This document shows positions 51,620 to 53,176 of a DNA stretch of 53,176 nt, piece by piece (the stretch's first letter is position 1; every line of letters begins with the position of its first letter). The notes under the pieces are model-generated. The model had not been told where the DNA came from. It ran no database searches and saw only the letters and a program-made list of their open reading frames with translations. The position numbers were made by a program, and so were the translations under genes. The DNA is from Oscillospiraceae bacterium (GTDB taxonomy: Bacteria; Bacillota; Clostridia; Oscillospirales; Oscillospiraceae), in assembly GCA_021442665.1 (NCBI GenBank), contig JABUSQ010000026.1:1-53176 (forward strand), given 5' to 3'.

Positions 51620-53176
51620 ATGTATTTAGGTGTTGATTACTATCCCGAGCAGTGGGCTCCCGAGCTCATGGAAGCCGACCTTGACAACATCGTCGAAATG
51701 GGCGGAAATGTTATCCGCATCGGCGAATTTTCATGGCATCTCATGGAGAAGACCGAGGGTCAGTACGATTTCTCCTTCTTCGACGGAGTTGTTGCCGCCG
51801 CAAAGAAAAAGGGCATCAAGGTCATAATGGGAACCCCCACCGCCACCATCCCCGCATGGCTGGTGAAAAAGCATCCCACCATATTGTCCGAGTTTGAAAA
51901 CGGTCAAAAGCGTGCCTTCGGCGGCCGGCATGTCTACTGCTTCAACAGCCCGGAGATGTACGGCTATTCCGAGCGCATAATCCGTGCTCTTGTGGGTCAC
52001 TACAAGGACGAGGAGCAGATTGTCGCATGGCAGATTGACAATGAGATAGGCCACGAAGGCAGCGACCTGTGCTGGTGCCCCCGCTGCCACAGAGCCTTTC
52101 AGAGCTTCCTCAGCGACAAGTTTGAGGGTGACATAGATAAGCTCAACGAGGTCTACGGCACAACCTTCTGGTCGCAGGAGTATAACGGTTTTGACGAGAT
52201 ACCTCTGCCCAAGGCAACCATAACCACCCACAATCCCGCCCTGCGTATGGACTGGGAACGGTTCCGCAGTAAGAGCATTGTGGACTTCATCGCATTTCAG
52301 GCGGCACTAATAAGAGAGGTGGCCCCCAATGCGGTAGTCATGCACGATTTCCCCGGCGGCGGACTTGACAAGCATGTGGATTACTCCCTCTGCGCAGCTC
52401 CGCTGGACTTTGCTGCATACAACAACTATCCCGTATGGGGAGGCCAGAAGGTTCCCATAGAGCCTCATGAAATAGCCTTCGGACTGGACTATATCCGTGG
52501 CCTCAGACGGCAGAACTTCATGATAACCGAGGCCATAATGGGCGCACAGGGTCACGACGTCACGGGTTTCCTTCCCCGCCCCAGGCAGGCGCAGATGTGG
52601 TCGTATCAGGGTATGGCTCACGGCTGCGATTCCATGATGTACTTCCGCTACAGAGGCGGTACCAAGGGGGCCGAGCAGTTCTGCTACGGCGTACTGGACG
52701 CCGACAACCGCAAGGGCAGAAAATTCTACGAGGTTCAGGAGTTCTTCAAGACCATCTCCGGGTATTCCGAGGCAATGGAGACTCCCATGAAGGCAGATGT
52801 CGCCATCGTCTACGACTACGACTCTCTGGCTGCCTTCCGCATCCAGCGTCAGAGCATACTGCTGGACTGCCAGAACGAGATGAAGAAGTTGTATAAGCCC
52901 TTCTATGATGTAAACGTACCTGTGGACGTTGTTCCCGCAGACGCCGACCTCAGCGCCTACAAGGTGCTAATCCTGCCTCAGATGATAATCGTGAAGCCGG
53001 AGCTGTATAAGAAGGTCTGCGATTTCGTGGCGAAGGGCGGCACGCTTGTGATGACCTACCGCAGTGCAGTGAAGGATACCGACAACAACCTGCCCTTTGA
53101 GCAGGTGGTTCCCGTGGGCTTTACCGAGCTTGCCGGTGTGGAGGTGGTGGAGACCGAGAGCCTGCAGGCCGGCCAG
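51620..53176 (+). CDS. GH42 beta-galactosidase (3' end truncated by the window edge)
   Basis: I translated it by hand from ATG 51620 (GAGAGGAG RBS). The frame stays open to the window end (519 codons). LGVDYYPEQW, WQIDNE and the Zn-type Cys cluster CWCPRCH are typical of GH42. Confidence 0.9.
   Translation, partial: MYLGVDYYPEQWAPELMEADLDNIVEMGGNVIRIGEFSWHLMEKTEGQYDFSFFDGVVAAAKKKGIKVIMGTPTATIPAWLVKKHPTILSEFENGQKRAFGGRHVYCFNSPEMYGYSERIIRALVGHYKDEEQIVAWQIDNEIGHEGSDLCWCPRCHRAFQSFLSDKFEGDIDKLNEVYGTTFWSQEYNGFDEIPLPKATITTHNPALRMDWERFRSKSIVDFIAFQAALIREVAPNAVVMHDFPGGGLDKHVDYSLCAAPLDFAAYNNYPVWGGQKVPIEPHEIAFGLDYIRGLRRQNFMITEAIMGAQGHDVTGFLPRPRQAQMWSYQGMAHGCDSMMYFRYRGGTKGAEQFCYGVLDADNRKGRKFYEVQEFFKTISGYSEAMETPMKADVAIVYDYDSLAAFRIQRQSILLDCQNEMKKLYKPFYDVNVPVDVVPADADLSAYKVLILPQMIIVKPELYKKVCDFVAKGGTLVMTYRSAVKDTDNNLPFEQVVPVGFTELAGVEVVETESLQAGQ

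Overview
The window is a 53 kb, gene-dense chromosomal segment that looks like a Gram-positive anaerobe (Clostridia-type Firmicute). Supporting this are glgC/glgD, tagO/wecB, sortase B, the long-form galT, DUF896, YdjGHI-like genes and GGAGG-type ribosome-binding sites. G+C is mostly about 55% by hand count. I found no rRNA, tRNA, CRISPR, integrase, transposase, phage or recognisable defence genes.

Housekeeping content:
- thyA-folA
- glgC-glgD-glgP
- pth, prs
- wecB-tagO
- trpS, gltX
- galK-galT-GPH-GH42

Accessory content worth attention:
1. 41.2-47.1 kb: a sortase B gene lies divergent to a translationally coupled operon. The operon encodes a chelate-type ABC importer, a stand-alone TiaS-kinase-like protein, a Cys-rich miniprotein and two paralogous wall- or membrane-anchored Ig-like proteins. 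It resembles an Isd locus but has no NEAT domains. This is my best candidate for an undescribed system.
2. 18.2-26.6 kb: a LacI-controlled operon encodes an enoate reductase, an anion permease, a LeuCD-like dehydratase, an HMG-CoA-lyase-like enzyme and a family III CoA-transferase. I predict it is a branched or unsaturated dicarboxylate (citramalate/citraconate-type) catabolic route.
3. An SPFH / zinc-ribbon / TPM (YdjI/G/H-like) membrane module.
4. A HAD phosphatase next to a P-loop::CYTH fusion with a degenerate catalytic motif.
5. A GH18 enzyme carrying six CBM5/12 repeats.

All functional calls rest on motifs read by eye from the ORF translations. No database search was run.
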